From the IMG/VR virus record IMGVR_UViG_2861084961_000001: a DNA stretch of 64,000 bases. One strand, written 5' to 3'. Shown here in pieces: positions 10,922-21,823 of the stretch. Both the position numbers and the translations under genes were made by a program. Numbering within the stretch: position 1 is the first letter of the stretch; the number at the start of each line of letters is the position of its first letter. The notes beneath the pieces are model-generated. The model had not been told where the DNA came from and did not search any database. It was given only the letters and a program-made list of their open reading frames with translations. This stretch comes from a virus. Taxonomy: Duplodnaviria > Heunggongvirae > Uroviricota > Caudoviricetes.

Positions 10922-11995
10922 ATGGCAAAAGGAAAATCCGCACTGGCACTTGCTCTGAAAAAGAAAATCGGTAGCAACGACGAAATTCAGAAAGTAACTC
11001 ATTGGATTGACACAGGCTTTCCTCCGTTAAACAAAGCTATTTCCGGTCGTTACGATGGCGGTTTCCCATGTGGTCGTATCGTCGAAGTATTCGGGCCGCC
11101 AAGCGCGGGGAAAACTTTTTTGGCAACGGCAGCAATGATCTCCGCTCAGAAACAAGATGGCCTGGCGGTATTCCTCGATCATGAGAACAGTTTTGACGTT
11201 GGCCTGGCTGTCGCCAATGGTCTGAACGCAGATGAGGATGACGGCCAGTGGGTATACAAGCAGCCTGATACCTTCGAAGACTCTGTAGAGTTGATCGGCA
11301 CAATACTTAAATTGGTACGTGATGAAGAGCTTATCCCTGAATCAGCACCTATCTGTATCGTGGCTGACTCACTTGCGTCTATGGTTCCGAACTCCAAAGC
11401 CGAGAAGTTCGAAAAGATGGCTGAAGGCACTGCCAAAGACAAAGATCAGCTAAACATGAACGACAATACGGCGCTGGCTCGTGCAACGAGTGCGAACTTC
11501 CCCACTCTGGCTTTGTGGGCACGCAAATACAACGCCTGCATCATCTTCTTGAATCAGGTTCGCACAAAAATCGGTGTAATGTTTGGCGACCCTACTACGT
11601 CACCAGGCGGCGATTCACCGAAGTTTTACGCTTCTGTGCGCATCCGTCTCGGTGCATCGGTGATGAAGGATGGTAAAGAGAAGATCGGTCAGGACGTAGG
11701 CGCAGAGTGCATCAAAAACAAAGTTGCACCACCGTATGGCAAATGCACCTGGAAATTCTACTTCGATCCTACTCGTGGCCTCGACGTTATCGAGTCGCTC
11801 GTCGAGTACATGCTGGAAGAAGGATACCTGCCAAAGAACGCCAGCGGTCGAGTAGAAATTGGTGACAAGAAATACACCAAATCACAGATCGTCGAGATGT
11901 ATCGGGAGAAGCCACTAGCTGAAATCATTGCAGCTTTACAGGCAATCGACGACCGGAGAGCAAAAGATACCCCCACCGAGTCAGTAGAAGGGTAA
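10922..11995 (+). CDS. RecA-like recombinase
   Basis: Walker A GPPSAGKTFLA, 357 aa, RecA-like layout. Confidence 0.6.
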   Translation: MAKGKSALALALKKKIGSNDEIQKVTHWIDTGFPPLNKAISGRYDGGFPCGRIVEVFGPPSAGKTFLATAAMISAQKQDGLAVFLDHENSFDVGLAVANGLNADEDDGQWVYKQPDTFEDSVELIGTILKLVRDEELIPESAPICIVADSLASMVPNSKAEKFEKMAEGTAKDKDQLNMNDNTALARATSANFPTLALWARKYNACIIFLNQVRTKIGVMFGDPTTSPGGDSPKFYASVRIRLGASVMKDGKEKIGQDVGAECIKNKVAPPYGKCTWKFYFDPTRGLDVIESLVEYMLEEGYLPKNASGRVEIGDKKYTKSQIVEMYREKPLAEIIAALQAIDDRRAKDTPTESVEG

Positions 11996-11999
11996 ACAC

Positions 12000-12026
12000 A
12001 AGGCGTCCATAGGACGCCTTTTTTAT
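12000..12026 (+). terminator. rho-independent terminator AGGCGTCC-ATA-GGACGCCT plus T6
   Basis: Directly after the recombinase stop. Confidence 0.6.
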
Positions 12027-12039
12027 CTCTTGAAAATAT

Positions 12040-12055
12040 ATAAGTACTTACTTAT
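12040..12055. promoter_or_regulatory. motif A palindrome (ATAAGTA-CT-TACTTAT)
   Basis: Intergenic, upstream of 12088 gene. Confidence 0.4.
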
Positions 12056-12087
12056 TATTTTCGCATAACAACCACATAGGAAAACAC

Positions 12088-12288
12088 ATGATCAAAATCT
12101 ATCTATTGGCAGTAGCCACAGGCCTTTCTGTGGCTCTCATCTACGGATTACTGGTTCCGTCGCTGATTTCTGCAAAGAGTGATTTGGCCGTCATGCTTGG
12201 AGTTCTCGTTGGTTTTGGCACTCCTGTAATCGGTCTTATTGCTGGTCGTAAGTTTATTAACTCATTAATCAAAGCAAAGGGGAAATAA
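12088..12288 (+). CDS. small membrane protein (66 aa, two hydrophobic segments)
   Basis: ORF track; hydrophobic composition; AGGAAAACACATG start context. Confidence 0.4.
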   Translation: MIKIYLLAVATGLSVALIYGLLVPSLISAKSDLAVMLGVLVGFGTPVIGLIAGRKFINSLIKAKGK

Positions 12289-12291
12289 GTA

Positions 12292-13121
12292 ATGAAGAAA
12301 GGTTTACTTGCAGTTGCTCTGGCGGCTATTTGCACAATGGGTCTTACTGGCTGTGATCGCGTGGAGCCTGGATACGTTGGCATCAAAGTAAACAAATTAG
12401 GTGAAGACAAAGGGATTGGTGAAGTGGTTGGCGTTGGTCGCCAATGGACAGGTCTTAACACCGAACTTTACGTATTCCCGACCTTCAAACAAATGAAGAC
12501 CTACGACGAGCCGTTCACATTCCAGATGAGTGACGGTACTGCTATTGGTCATAAAATTGGCGTTGCGTATCTGGTTAATCGTGACAAGGTAACGACGGTG
12601 TTCCAGACCTATCGCAAAGGCGTAGACGATATCACCGAATCAGATCTGCGTCAGAAAATTGCCGACTCTCTAAACCGTTTGGCCAGCCGTATGACCACTG
12701 ACTCATTTATCGACGGTGGTAAGGCGCAATTGCTGGACAACGCACTGAAAGATATTCAGAAAGAGATGTCTCCGGTTGGTATTGAGGTACTGAGCCTATC
12801 ATGGGTTGGAAGCCTGATTACCCAAAAACCGTCATTGAATCTATCAACGCCAAAGTAACGGCTAACCAGCGTACTCTGCAACGTCAGCAGGAAGTCGAAC
12901 AACGTAAAGCTGAGGCGAATATGCTGCGTGAACAGGCTAATGGTGAAGCTGATGCTATTCGTGCTCGTGCGCAAGCAGAAGCAGACGCTATTCGTCTGCG
13001 CGGTGAAGCTCTGCGTCAAAACCCGAACGTTATGGAACTGGAAGCCATCAATAAATGGAATGGCCAGTTACCGCAGTACATGACTCAAGGGGCTAACACT
13101 CCTTTCATTACAGTGAAATAA
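12292..13121 (+). CDS. SPFH/band-7 domain lipoprotein (frameshift near 12810-12850)
   Basis: Lipoprotein signal MKKGLLAVALAAICTMGLTGC (lipobox LTGC); C-terminal Ala/Glu/Arg-rich coiled coil AEANMLREQANGEADAIRARAQAEADAIRLRGEA typical of SPFH proteins; ORFs 12292..12858 and 12801..13121. Confidence 0.5.
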
Positions 13122-13139
13122 CTCTCTTTAAGAAGATCA

Positions 13140-13163
13140 GGCGTCCAGTTGGACGCCGTTTTA
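13140..13163 (+). terminator. rho-independent terminator GGCGTCCA-GT-TGGACGCC plus T-run
   Basis: Perfect stem plus GTTTT. Confidence 0.55.
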
Positions 13164-13216
13164 TTCTCGTTATTATCACACACAAGAAAACAATTTGTTA
13201 AAAGGTTAAGTTAATT

Positions 13217-14041
13217 ATGCCCAACCACATTACAAACGAAATCCGAGTCATAGGTGGTACAAATAAACAACGCTTAGATTTCATACGTGCCATAACTAAC
13301 AAAAAAGGTCTAATTGACTTTAATACCATTTGCAGACGTCCGAAAAGTATAGAAATGGAAGAAAACAATCATATCAGGCGCATGGCCTCTGCAATGGCGG
13401 GCGAAACAGTTTACGACTACATGTTCGGTGAATTAAAGACTCCAGAACAGGTCGAATTAGCTATGCGTGAATCTGGAATGACACGCAAGGAAATTCGCAA
13501 AATCAAAGAGCAGGCTCTTATGCGGCTTGAGAATTATCGTCGCTATGGCTATTACTCATGGTTTGACTGGTCGCGAGCTAATTGGGGAACAAAATGGAAT
13601 GCCTACAACATCGAAATGCCCGTAAAACGTATCCCTACACGTATTAAGTACGGCCATAATTTCCGCCATACACACGTTCGAGCATATGCAAAACGAATCT
13701 ATAAAAAACGTCTTGCAAGACATGCCGCAACTGGTGGTGAGTTGGTGATTCGCTTTGAAACAGCCTGGTCTATGCCAAAACCAATTTATCAAGCGATGGC
13801 TAGAAAGTTCCCGCACCTTGAATTTGTAATACGTTATGCAGACGAAGACTTCGGCAATAACTGCGGATTCATTTTACTTCGCAACGGCAAATGGGAATAT
13901 GACTACATTGCACCGGCGAATAACGAACAATCGTCAGAAGAAAAAATCAAATGGCGCAAGTTCGCCTTTGAGTTATGTTGTCCTGGTATTACTCCACAAG
14001 AATACGGTCTAAATGAAGAATACGAATACGCCGGATATTAA
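13217..14041 (+). CDS. hypothetical protein (274 aa)
   Basis: ORF track; no assignable motif. Confidence 0.45.
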   Translation: MPNHITNEIRVIGGTNKQRLDFIRAITNKKGLIDFNTICRRPKSIEMEENNHIRRMASAMAGETVYDYMFGELKTPEQVELAMRESGMTRKEIRKIKEQALMRLENYRRYGYYSWFDWSRANWGTKWNAYNIEMPVKRIPTRIKYGHNFRHTHVRAYAKRIYKKRLARHAATGGELVIRFETAWSMPKPIYQAMARKFPHLEFVIRYADEDFGNNCGFILLRNGKWEYDYIAPANNEQSSEEKIKWRKFAFELCCPGITPQEYGLNEEYEYAGY

Positions 14042-14166
14042 AAAATTGTCATTTAGCTTTACGCATGAAGCATAGAGGTTAATAAGATGAAAAGAAAATT
14101 GAAGAACCAAAAACAACCCTTAATAAACATGGGGAAAAAATTCAAACACATCCAGCGTTCGGTCTT

Positions 14167-14826
14167 GTGAAAACAAGCCGTGTTAGCACAACTGGCATTC
14201 GCCTATTTGATTCAGAACTGGAACATAGAGACTATATTGAAATAGGCGTTTACGAGGCAGAGCTGTCCTTAGACAATGAACGAACCCGGCCACAAAGAAG
14301 TAGCAATAGACGGCCTTTAGTTGAAATTAGACTTAGCCAGGCACAATGGGCTGCTATGGTTAGCAGTTTTGGTGTGGGCGAAGGTGTGCCATGCACTATT
14401 TCATATAAAACCATTGGCGACTCAATTAGAGTTCATGATATTGCCGAGCAAAAAAGTATTCGGCAAAAATTCAACGATCAAATAAAGGCAGCTACGAATA
14501 GTGAGATTGATCGACTTAATCAGCAAGTTTCAGAGCTAGGTGAGCTTGTGAAAAAAGGAAGAGCTGGAAAACGTGACCTTGAAGAACTATATAGAAAACT
14601 TGCATCTGCTGTAGCTAACCTTCCTGAAAATCTGTGCTTTGCTACCGAATTAATGCAGGAGCAAATGGATGAAATTGTCTCATCTGGAAAGGCGGAGATT
14701 GAGGCGTATGTTGCAGGCACTGTTATGCGTAAAGGATTAGCAGCATTAGGTACAGAATCATGCATTAACGATGATCCTACAGTCTCTATCACCAAAATGG
14801 AAAGCGGTAAAGAATTACTGCCATAA
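14167..14826 (+). CDS. hypothetical protein; true start probably ATG 14087 with an A-run indel
   Basis: Frame is open from 14086; ATG 14087 sits one frame off next to an A-run. Confidence 0.4.
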   Translation: MKTSRVSTTGIRLFDSELEHRDYIEIGVYEAELSLDNERTRPQRSSNRRPLVEIRLSQAQWAAMVSSFGVGEGVPCTISYKTIGDSIRVHDIAEQKSIRQKFNDQIKAATNSEIDRLNQQVSELGELVKKGRAGKRDLEELYRKLASAVANLPENLCFATELMQEQMDEIVSSGKAEIEAYVAGTVMRKGLAALGTESCINDDPTVSITKMESGKELLP

Positions 14827-14893
14827 ATGTATCTGAGGTACTGACAATGCTTTTAATTCAACCTGGGTTCGGTTTAAAGATAAAAAAGGACAT

Positions 14894-15235
14894 ATGTTTG
14901 GTGAGAGAGATTCCAAACGAAAAATTCTGTCTATTCGATTGCCATTTATCACCATTCATTGGTTAAACAGAGAGTCAACCGATTATTGGTATAAATGTGC
15001 AAGAGCAGCATTTAACGACCCTGACTGGTTTATAGAAAACCACCACGCGGTTCGTCAGGCAAAAAGAAAGGCAAATACGACATATATGAAGGCATATCAG
15101 GATGCCTGGGAAGAACATCGTGGTCGATACCAAAAAAACATTGAAAAACTTGAATCTGAAAATATGGACCTAAGAAGAAAACTCGGTGAAGCACGGCGAG
15201 ATATTGAAGCATATAAACGTCTTGTATCGGAGTGA
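14894..15235 (+). CDS. hypothetical protein (113 aa)
   Basis: ORF track. Confidence 0.4.
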   Translation: MFGERDSKRKILSIRLPFITIHWLNRESTDYWYKCARAAFNDPDWFIENHHAVRQAKRKANTTYMKAYQDAWEEHRGRYQKNIEKLESENMDLRRKLGEARRDIEAYKRLVSE

Positions 15236-15397
15236 ATATGACTTTACATTGTTTTTCAAAGGGCATTGCTTTTCACTATACAGAAACAGAAATAATAATG
15301 GGGCATTCTACATATGTAGTAAATGTGGCAGAACAAAATATCTTCCAGATGTCAAATTTGAAGGTCCTTAAATGTTTGCATTAAATGGGCAATACAG

Positions 15398-15814
15398 ATG
15401 ATCGCAACAGACTTTTCTAAATTAAGTGATTTTGAAATTAACAGACGAGTATGTGAGGCTTTAGATATGGAGGAGTATTTCTTCATACCTGATGACGAAG
15501 CAGATTTCGATTCGGAGATCCCCACTGATGAAAGAGGTCCTGTTTGGCAAACGTCAAAAAGGGATATTAATGGCTTCCGTGCTTCAAACGGAAATTGCTT
15601 CAATCCTTGCAACAATCCGGCAGACGCAAAGCCTATTATCGTAGAGAATAGAATTGGCATCATTCCAGCGCCAGAAAATGGATTATGGAAGGCTGCGCAT
15701 AGAAAGGTTGGTAACGATAATACTCCATACCATATGACTCAAAATGTAAATCCACTCCGCGCCGCTATGATTGTCTTTCTGATGATGAAAGAAAGTGAGA
15801 GTTGTACCGATTAA
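15398..15814 (+). CDS. hypothetical protein (138 aa)
   Basis: ORF track. Confidence 0.4.
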   Translation: MIATDFSKLSDFEINRRVCEALDMEEYFFIPDDEADFDSEIPTDERGPVWQTSKRDINGFRASNGNCFNPCNNPADAKPIIVENRIGIIPAPENGLWKAAHRKVGNDNTPYHMTQNVNPLRAAMIVFLMMKESESCTD

Positions 15815-16112
15815 TGAATATATACGATTTTTTAAAAAACCTAACACATGTGTCAGAAAAGGGTATAGACCGTCAGTCATCGATTGCTGGTCGCTATCAG
15901 CAAATAATCTCAACAATGTATTCAAAATGCATTGGGAGTTTCTTTGTGAAGCGCGCGGCGTTCTCGACATGACAGTCAGAGAAGCAATTATCTGGATTCT
16001 TTGGTTTCCGGTAAGAACATTTATGACTCTGACGTACCCATTTACCTTCTGGATTTGGGGAACCGTCCTTTATTTCATATTAAAAGGAGAAGTAAAACAT
16101 GGCAGCAATTAA
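15795..16112 (+). CDS. hypothetical protein (105 aa)
   Basis: ORF track. Confidence 0.3.
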   Translation: MRVVPINEYIRFFKKPNTCVRKGYRPSVIDCWSLSANNLNNVFKMHWEFLCEARGVLDMTVREAIIWILWFPVRTFMTLTYPFTFWIWGTVLYFILKGEVKHGSN

Positions 16113-16524
16113 GAAACTCTACGATGCCGCAAACGCGGCTCTGAATGTTATTGATGATGAAGTATCAAAAGGCTTTCCTGAACCTGATTGGGCGCATCAG
16201 CTACGAAACGCTATCGCCGAAATGAAGCCACCAGCTCCGACCACCGACGAGACAGACTGGCAGCGATTTATCCGTATGTACGCTCAGGAAATAGGTCCAA
16301 CGCCAACGGCAGAGCAAGCAATGCTGCTGAAATACTTCAAAGAGGCGGGAGAGGATTTACCAATTGATGACTCAGCATATTGGTTCCACTGCGCATGGCG
16401 TAAATATGACGTGATATTCACACAAGGCATGGGGAGCAAAGATATGGTTGTGTGGCATCTACTCCATATAGACACAGCCGTTGACAGAGTTATTGAACAG
16501 TTTTTCCCTAAACAAGAAGATTGA
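16099..16524 (+). CDS. hypothetical protein (141 aa)
   Basis: ORF track. Confidence 0.4.
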   Translation: MAAIKKLYDAANAALNVIDDEVSKGFPEPDWAHQLRNAIAEMKPPAPTTDETDWQRFIRMYAQEIGPTPTAEQAMLLKYFKEAGEDLPIDDSAYWFHCAWRKYDVIFTQGMGSKDMVVWHLLHIDTAVDRVIEQFFPKQED

Positions 16525-16579
16525 TCGCCTATTCATAACTAACAAAATAAGTAAACACTAACCACAAAAGGAAAAACAC

Positions 16580-16855
16580 ATGAGAGTTTTAGTTCGAATC
16601 GTTACCAGCACTGTCTATGACGTGTTTCCGCTTTTTATGGTCAAAGCCGATGGCCTTAACGACGAAGAAACTGACGCACTGATCCAGCGTATTCTCGTTG
16701 AATATACAGGTCATGACGCTGATTCAGTGATGGTTGATGATGATGGTGTTTGTTGGCATAACGGCAACTGTTGGTACGTAGAAGAGACTCAACAAATCAG
16801 TGATGAAGATGCCGCACATCTTGAGCGTATTCTAAGCATCAGCACTTTTGAGTGA
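16580..16855 (+). CDS. hypothetical acidic protein (91 aa)
   Basis: ORF track; AAAGGAAAAACACATG start context. Confidence 0.4.
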   Translation: MRVLVRIVTSTVYDVFPLFMVKADGLNDEETDALIQRILVEYTGHDADSVMVDDDGVCWHNGNCWYVEETQQISDEDAAHLERILSISTFE

Positions 16856-17069
16856 GTTTACAGTAAAATTTATATAAGTTAGTATCTACCTATCATGAAG
16901 ATTTTATTGAATACTTGTTGCTCATCGTGTCAATAGCTTTTGTCATCGACTGCATTTTCACTGGTGTCATTCGTAAAGTCTTTTCCCCGGTGAACGACGT
17001 AGTCATAAACGCTTTGGCTATCGTGCTCGTATTTAATTCAGCATTTGATGTAATCAAAGAGGTGGCAGC

Positions 17070-17405
17070 ATGAAGGCCATCCCATTCGCGCTGTTGTTCC
17101 TTTCTTCGATCGTTGTGGCCGACACCACTGTTTATCAGTGTGAAATGTCTGTAGCCGACGTTAAGAATGGCGCTCTTACCGACGTCATAAAAGCACCATA
17201 TGGAGCGATGGTCGTAGACAGCGGCGACCAGTTCTATGTTGTGCGTGACGATCGAGTATTGTCATCCCCATATCTCACAAACCGTAATGGCAAATTAACC
17301 GGCGTCGGAGAAGACCACTTCGTATACAACAAATACAAGGGCTTCTATGGCGTTCACGCTTCTCAGCAAAGCTACCTTTTCGATGACTGCAAGGAGGTTG
17401 GATAA
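17070..17405 (+). CDS. secreted protein with N-terminal signal peptide (111 aa)
   Basis: MKAIPFALLFLSSIVVA signal-like N-terminus. Confidence 0.45.
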   Translation: MKAIPFALLFLSSIVVADTTVYQCEMSVADVKNGALTDVIKAPYGAMVVDSGDQFYVVRDDRVLSSPYLTNRNGKLTGVGEDHFVYNKYKGFYGVHASQQSYLFDDCKEVG

Positions 17406-17617
17406 TGGCATTAACACTAGCAGGTCTGGAAATCGAGAAAACAAGCGGATACTGGCGTGCTAAGGGTTTCAAGCAGCCTGGCGTTCTTGAGCGTCTGGAG
17501 CGTGAAGATGGGTATATCGTCCACCAGCGGCGTGAATGGCGCATGTACGATCCAGAAACAGGAAAACTGACTACAAAAGCCGGAACACTTTGGGGTCTGT
17601 TAAAGAAAATACACTAA
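17405..17617 (+). CDS. hypothetical protein (70 aa)
   Basis: ORF track; followed by hairpin GACTGCGG-CTCGTT-CCGCAGTC at 17627-17648. Confidence 0.35.
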   Translation: MALTLAGLEIEKTSGYWRAKGFKQPGVLERLEREDGYIVHQRREWRMYDPETGKLTTKAGTLWGLLKKIH

Positions 17618-17663
17618 ATGCAAACTGACTGCGGCTCGTTCCGCAGTCATATTTCATAGTCGT

Positions 17664-18195
17664 CACCGCTGACAGCATACACAATCAACTGCCGCTGATA
17701 GCATATCGAGAGTCTATCTCACCGCTCACAGCATACTTTACTCGATTTTTACCGCTGACAGCATACTTAAGGCATTGCATGAATAATGTGTACCGGTATG
17801 GGTATAACCAGAACAAAATTACCGCTGGCAGCATACGAAGGTCTGACATATGCCATTAATTACCGCTGATAGCATATCCAAACAAAATTCCTCAATAAAA
17901 CACCGCTGACAGCATACGTTCTATCAGGGAGCAGCAGGCAATAAATGCCTTTCACTACAAGTAATCAGCGCAATGGCAATAGAATGTTAGTGAGCGCAAA
18001 CCTATATGGAATGCACTCTTCGAGGTTAGTAACCACTGGGGAGGTATAAAAGAGCATTGAGTGGTGATAGATGATTTACCGCTCACGGCATACGTTCATC
18101 TCACTATACCGCTGGTAGCATATCTTTAACCGTTCACAGCATACTTTTCAGAAAAATAGCCGCTGATAGCATACATTTCACCGCTGACAGCATAT
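17664..18195. repeat. iteron array: 12 direct copies of CCGCTGACAGCATAC-like 15-16 bp repeats downstream of repA (incA-like copy-control locus)
   Basis: Copies near 17666, 17692, 17722, 17752, 17822, 17863, 17903, 18079, 18109, 18130, 18160, 18181, same orientation. Confidence 0.8.
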
Positions 18196-19288
18196 CAAAG
18201 CAGTTTGAGACTATTGGAAAGGATCTCAATCATCTTGATATTTTCAGGCGTCAAATTCTGTGAAAGTTCGGTTATCTTATTGATAATGTTCTGTTTGGCA
18301 TCAATTTCCCCGGCTTTCTCATCTGGTTTTTTGGGTTCGATGTCTTCAGGTTTTGGCGGTGCGACTTTGAGTTTTGGATTGCGGCTGTGAATCTGGATAT
18401 AGATCGACCGCCCTCGCTTAATCTCGCTGTATTCGAGATAACCCAAATCTTGGAGAGCTTTTAAGCCGTTACGTATAGTCTGATTCTGCGAGCTGACATT
18501 CCTGCTACTCAAATTGAGTCGCGCACGCAATCGAGCAAGCGATACCGGCGCAGGCTTGGTTGGAAGACTTTCGATGAAGGTGTACAGAGCCTGTGCTGTT
18601 TCTTTGCGTGGTAGCTTATTGATAACCTTTAACTGTAAAAGAACCTTATGGTCAAAGCGATATAGTTCGGCCAGCTTCGGTTCTGCATAGAACACCACCG
18701 TATCTTTCTGCTCGTTGTAGTCCACGCTATTGATGAGGTGCACCATCAGAAGCGAGATCTTGTTAGAGCCGTCGACATTCTTTTCTTCATACGTTCTCTG
18801 GAAAGACAGAGTGGTACGCATAATCTTCAAAAGACTGTTTGTAAGCCGGTCGCGGAGTGTTTTGCGGATCTGTGACGATGGATAGCCACAAAACTTCGCA
18901 AATTTCGTGATGCTTAACTCGACACGACCGTTAGGTTCGCCGTATTCTGCCAGCGAACGCACAACGCCCACCCACGTTTTGAAATCATGATCCATGTCGA
19001 GACGAGGACCGGTTATCTTGATATCGGAATAGCCTTCAGAACGGGCTACTTCGAGCTGAACAAGCTCCTTTGAAGCATCGATCTCATTTGGCTTGTTACG
19101 CTTGCTGTATTTTGTCCCTTGAGCGTTGGCACGAACAACCCCAGCCGCATCAACGCAATTGGTTGGACTGTATTGTTGCTATTAGGGACAAGTTCCCCTG
19201 TGTACAATTCAAGGGAACCTTCTTCAAAGTTGTCGAGATTATCTTCTACTTCTTTGTTATTTTTACCTTTTTTATTTTTTGTGGACAT
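18195..19288 (-). CDS. repA: RepA replication initiator (P1 RepA / RepFIB family), one frameshift near 19125-19140
   Basis: Blocks match recalled P1 RepA: NSNNTVQPIALMRLGLFVP, KITGPRLDMDHDFKTWVGV, LPRKETAQALYTFIESLP, HSRNPKLK; ORFs 18195..18995 and 19046..19408 in different frames. Confidence 0.8.
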
Positions 19289-19309
19289 GTGGACACCTTT
19301 GTCATTCAA

Positions 19310-19410
19310 CCGCTGACAGCATACTTGATTTGCCGCTGGCAGCATACCAAAAACAGTTGGCAGCATACGGCGAACCGTTGACAGACTATCAATTACCGCT
19401 GGCAGCATAC
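19310..19410. repeat. five iterons of the same family spaced about 21 bp upstream of repA (origin)
   Basis: Copies near 19310, 19334, 19354, 19374 (degenerate), 19396. Confidence 0.8.
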
Positions 19411-19450
19411 ATGAACATGGCTTCAGACCAGTCGTGGCGCGGCTTACAGC

Positions 19451-19523
19451 GATCGGGGATCTTATTTGATCTATACAAGGATCTATCTATGGATCTCTTT
19501 ATTAGGATCTATCCTGTGGATAT
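19451..19523. promoter_or_regulatory. origin-associated cluster of six GATC sites in short repeats plus DnaA-box-like TGTGGATAT
   Basis: GATC at about 19451, 19458, 19468, 19480, 19492, 19506; TGTGGATAT at about 19515-19523. Confidence 0.55.
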
Positions 19524-19608
19524 GTAATAATTAAAACAGGCATTTACTACCTTCGGCGCACCTGGTGGGTTATCGTTGCCTCGGCTAACAATCACAGAAA
19601 AATGACAT

Positions 19609-20253
19609 ATGGATCTAAAACGCACGCGCTGGGTTCGTCGTCTTGAAGACGGCTCCTACACTATCGAATCAAATTCCAACCTGAATAAGCAGAAGCTGCT
19701 TTGTGACATCTGCGGTATAGCGGCGAAGTGCCCGATCTACGAAACCAGAATTAAACTTGATAAGGCTGGTGTGAATTTTCATTTAAACAGTTGCATCAGG
19801 TACGTTCCATTGCTCGCATTTCGTAAACCGATCATCGGATTGGATGCCCCCTACTTCAACACACTCCGTTCAGGTGTGACGTGGCGAGATCGTTTATCAC
19901 CAGACAAGCTGATTTGCCTTGTATCCGCAGACACAGGGAAAATCATCCGTTTTGGGAAAGTAGACAAGGTTTACTCAGGTCCAGTAGACGAAATGTTGCG
20001 GAAACACAGCCGGTTTAATCATCTCTGTATGGGGGGTGAGAAAATCGAAAAGGTGGAAGAAGTGATCCGTAAATCCTACGGACACTTCCTGACCAAAGAT
20101 AGCCTGCTCACCGCAATCTACATCAGACATGTAAAACGTGAGTTCGACCTCGAATACCACAGTGAAGAAGAGCTTAACCTTGTTGACCCACGTCCAAAAG
20201 CTGGCGTCATAAGCATAAACGCAGCGCGTAAAAAGCCCACTGACGCGCTGTAA
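19609..20253 (+). CDS. hypothetical protein (214 aa)
   Basis: ORF track. Confidence 0.4.
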   Translation: MDLKRTRWVRRLEDGSYTIESNSNLNKQKLLCDICGIAAKCPIYETRIKLDKAGVNFHLNSCIRYVPLLAFRKPIIGLDAPYFNTLRSGVTWRDRLSPDKLICLVSADTGKIIRFGKVDKVYSGPVDEMLRKHSRFNHLCMGGEKIEKVEEVIRKSYGHFLTKDSLLTAIYIRHVKREFDLEYHSEEELNLVDPRPKAGVISINAARKKPTDAL

Positions 20254-20375
20254 CCCTCCAGATCGCATATTGGCGTAGATAGAATCTACGCCCCCTCAAA
20301 ATAGCTCTCATAGCGTTCTACAGTGATTCTGTCTTATTTTTAGTCATACAGACAAGCAAAGTTGCGCCACGATAA

Positions 20376-20395
20376 ATAGGTATATACTTACTTAT
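20376..20395. promoter_or_regulatory. motif A palindrome (ATAGGTA-N5-TTACTTAT)
   Basis: Intergenic, upstream of the SbcD-like gene. Confidence 0.4.
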
Positions 20396-20507
20396 AAATT
20401 TTGTATATTAAGACGCTCGTTTCATTCCTAACATACCGTTATGCATAGTTGTTTACCTTCTCATTGCTCTTAAAATTTGTATCAAAATAACCACAAAGGA
20501 AAAACAC

Positions 20508-21409
20508 ATGACTTTGCCATACGGCGTCATTTCTGACTGCCACTACCACAAATGGGATGCGTTCTCCACGACGAACGCTGAGGGGCTTAACTCCAGACTT
20601 GAAATACAGTTGGAAGCAACGAAAGAAGCAGCCATCGCCATGAAGAAGGCCGGTTGTAAGTACATGTTGGTTGCCGGTGATACATTTCACGTCCGAGGAA
20701 CTGTGTCCCCTTCTGTTTTGCATTACGTAACTGAAACGTACAAGTGGATTATCAACGAGCTTGATCTGACAGTAGTAATGCTGGCCGGTAATCACGATCT
20801 TGAAACCAACGATTCAGTATATAGCGCCAACGCAGCAGCATCGCTGAGTTCTATCGGCGTGGTAATCGTATGTGGCAAGCGCCCACACTCAATAAAAATT
20901 GGTGATGTCACTGTCCACCTGATTAGCTGGCGTAACAATCATGCGGAGCTTATCAGCGATCTGAAAGCATTACGTAAGAGCGTAGAAGGTGATAATCATG
21001 ACGTTGTTATCCATACATCCATTAACAAAGCCATTCCAACAATGCCTGACGTCGGTATCGATGCGCAGGAGTTAAAGGATATCGGCTTTCGTCTCGTGCT
21101 TAGTGGGCATTACCACAACCACAAAGAGGTCATTCCTGGAGTTATCAGTGTCGGTGCACTGACCATCAAAATTGGGGAGATGTTGGATCTCTGGCTGGTT
21201 ACATGATCGTAAACCCGGACGGCAGTTTCAGTCACTACGAAACCAGTGCGCCTAAATTCATTAACCTGGAAGATTATGTTGCCGATGATCAAATTCGCGG
21301 CAACTACGTGCGTTTCCGCGCCGTAATGAGAACGATGAAGAAGGCATTAAGTACCAGAACATCCTCAAAACAATGGGTGCAAAGGTGTTGTGTGCAACTT
21401 CATCCGTAA
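20508..21409 (+). CDS. SbcD/Mre11-like nuclease (calcineurin-like phosphoesterase), frameshift near 21195
   Basis: SDCHYH, AGDTFH, LAGNHD, SGHYHNH; CAAAGGAAAAACACATG start context. Confidence 0.65.
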
Positions 21410-21823
21410 GTCATCAATGATGGAAGGGACAGCAAGCACAACGGAAACCAGCAAAATCGATAGCCTGGGAGAGTCGGTATCTGCTTATTGCAAGATTGTC
21501 CACGATACTGACGGCGGATTTGATCTGAGCAAGTTGGATATTTTGTGTCAGGAAATCCTCACCGAAGCGGAGAGTTCGGAGGCTGTGTGAGGCAAAGTCG
21601 TTATGGGAGCTTTCGAGACTTTGCCATCACGATGAAAAGACTTGAACGAGGCCAGACGGTGATGTTTCACAAGCCCTACCCGCCACAAGGAAATCCCGTA
21701 GCGTTTTATCTTGGAAGGTTAACCAGAAAAGGCGTATTGAGGCGCAGATCCTTCCCGGCGCATACGGAGTTCAGATTGAAAGAAGGTCAAAAGCTAACAC
21801 ACGGTATCAAAGGTGTTATATGA
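21390..21823 (+). CDS. uncertain ORF fragments, possibly the C-terminal part of the SbcD-like protein
   Basis: ORFs 21390..21590 and 21545..21823 in alternating frames. Confidence 0.2.

Noticed and set aside
17664-19410. Possible CRISPR array, because of many short direct repeats
   Set aside because: Repeats are only 15-16 bp, spacing is irregular (21-30 bp with larger gaps), they flank a RepA gene on both sides and no cas genes are present; they are plasmid iterons.
19046-19527. Plus-strand ORFs 19070..19381, 19119..19316 and 19279..19527
   Set aside because: They overlap the repA N-terminus and the origin iterons, where the minus-strand RepA frame has clear homology.
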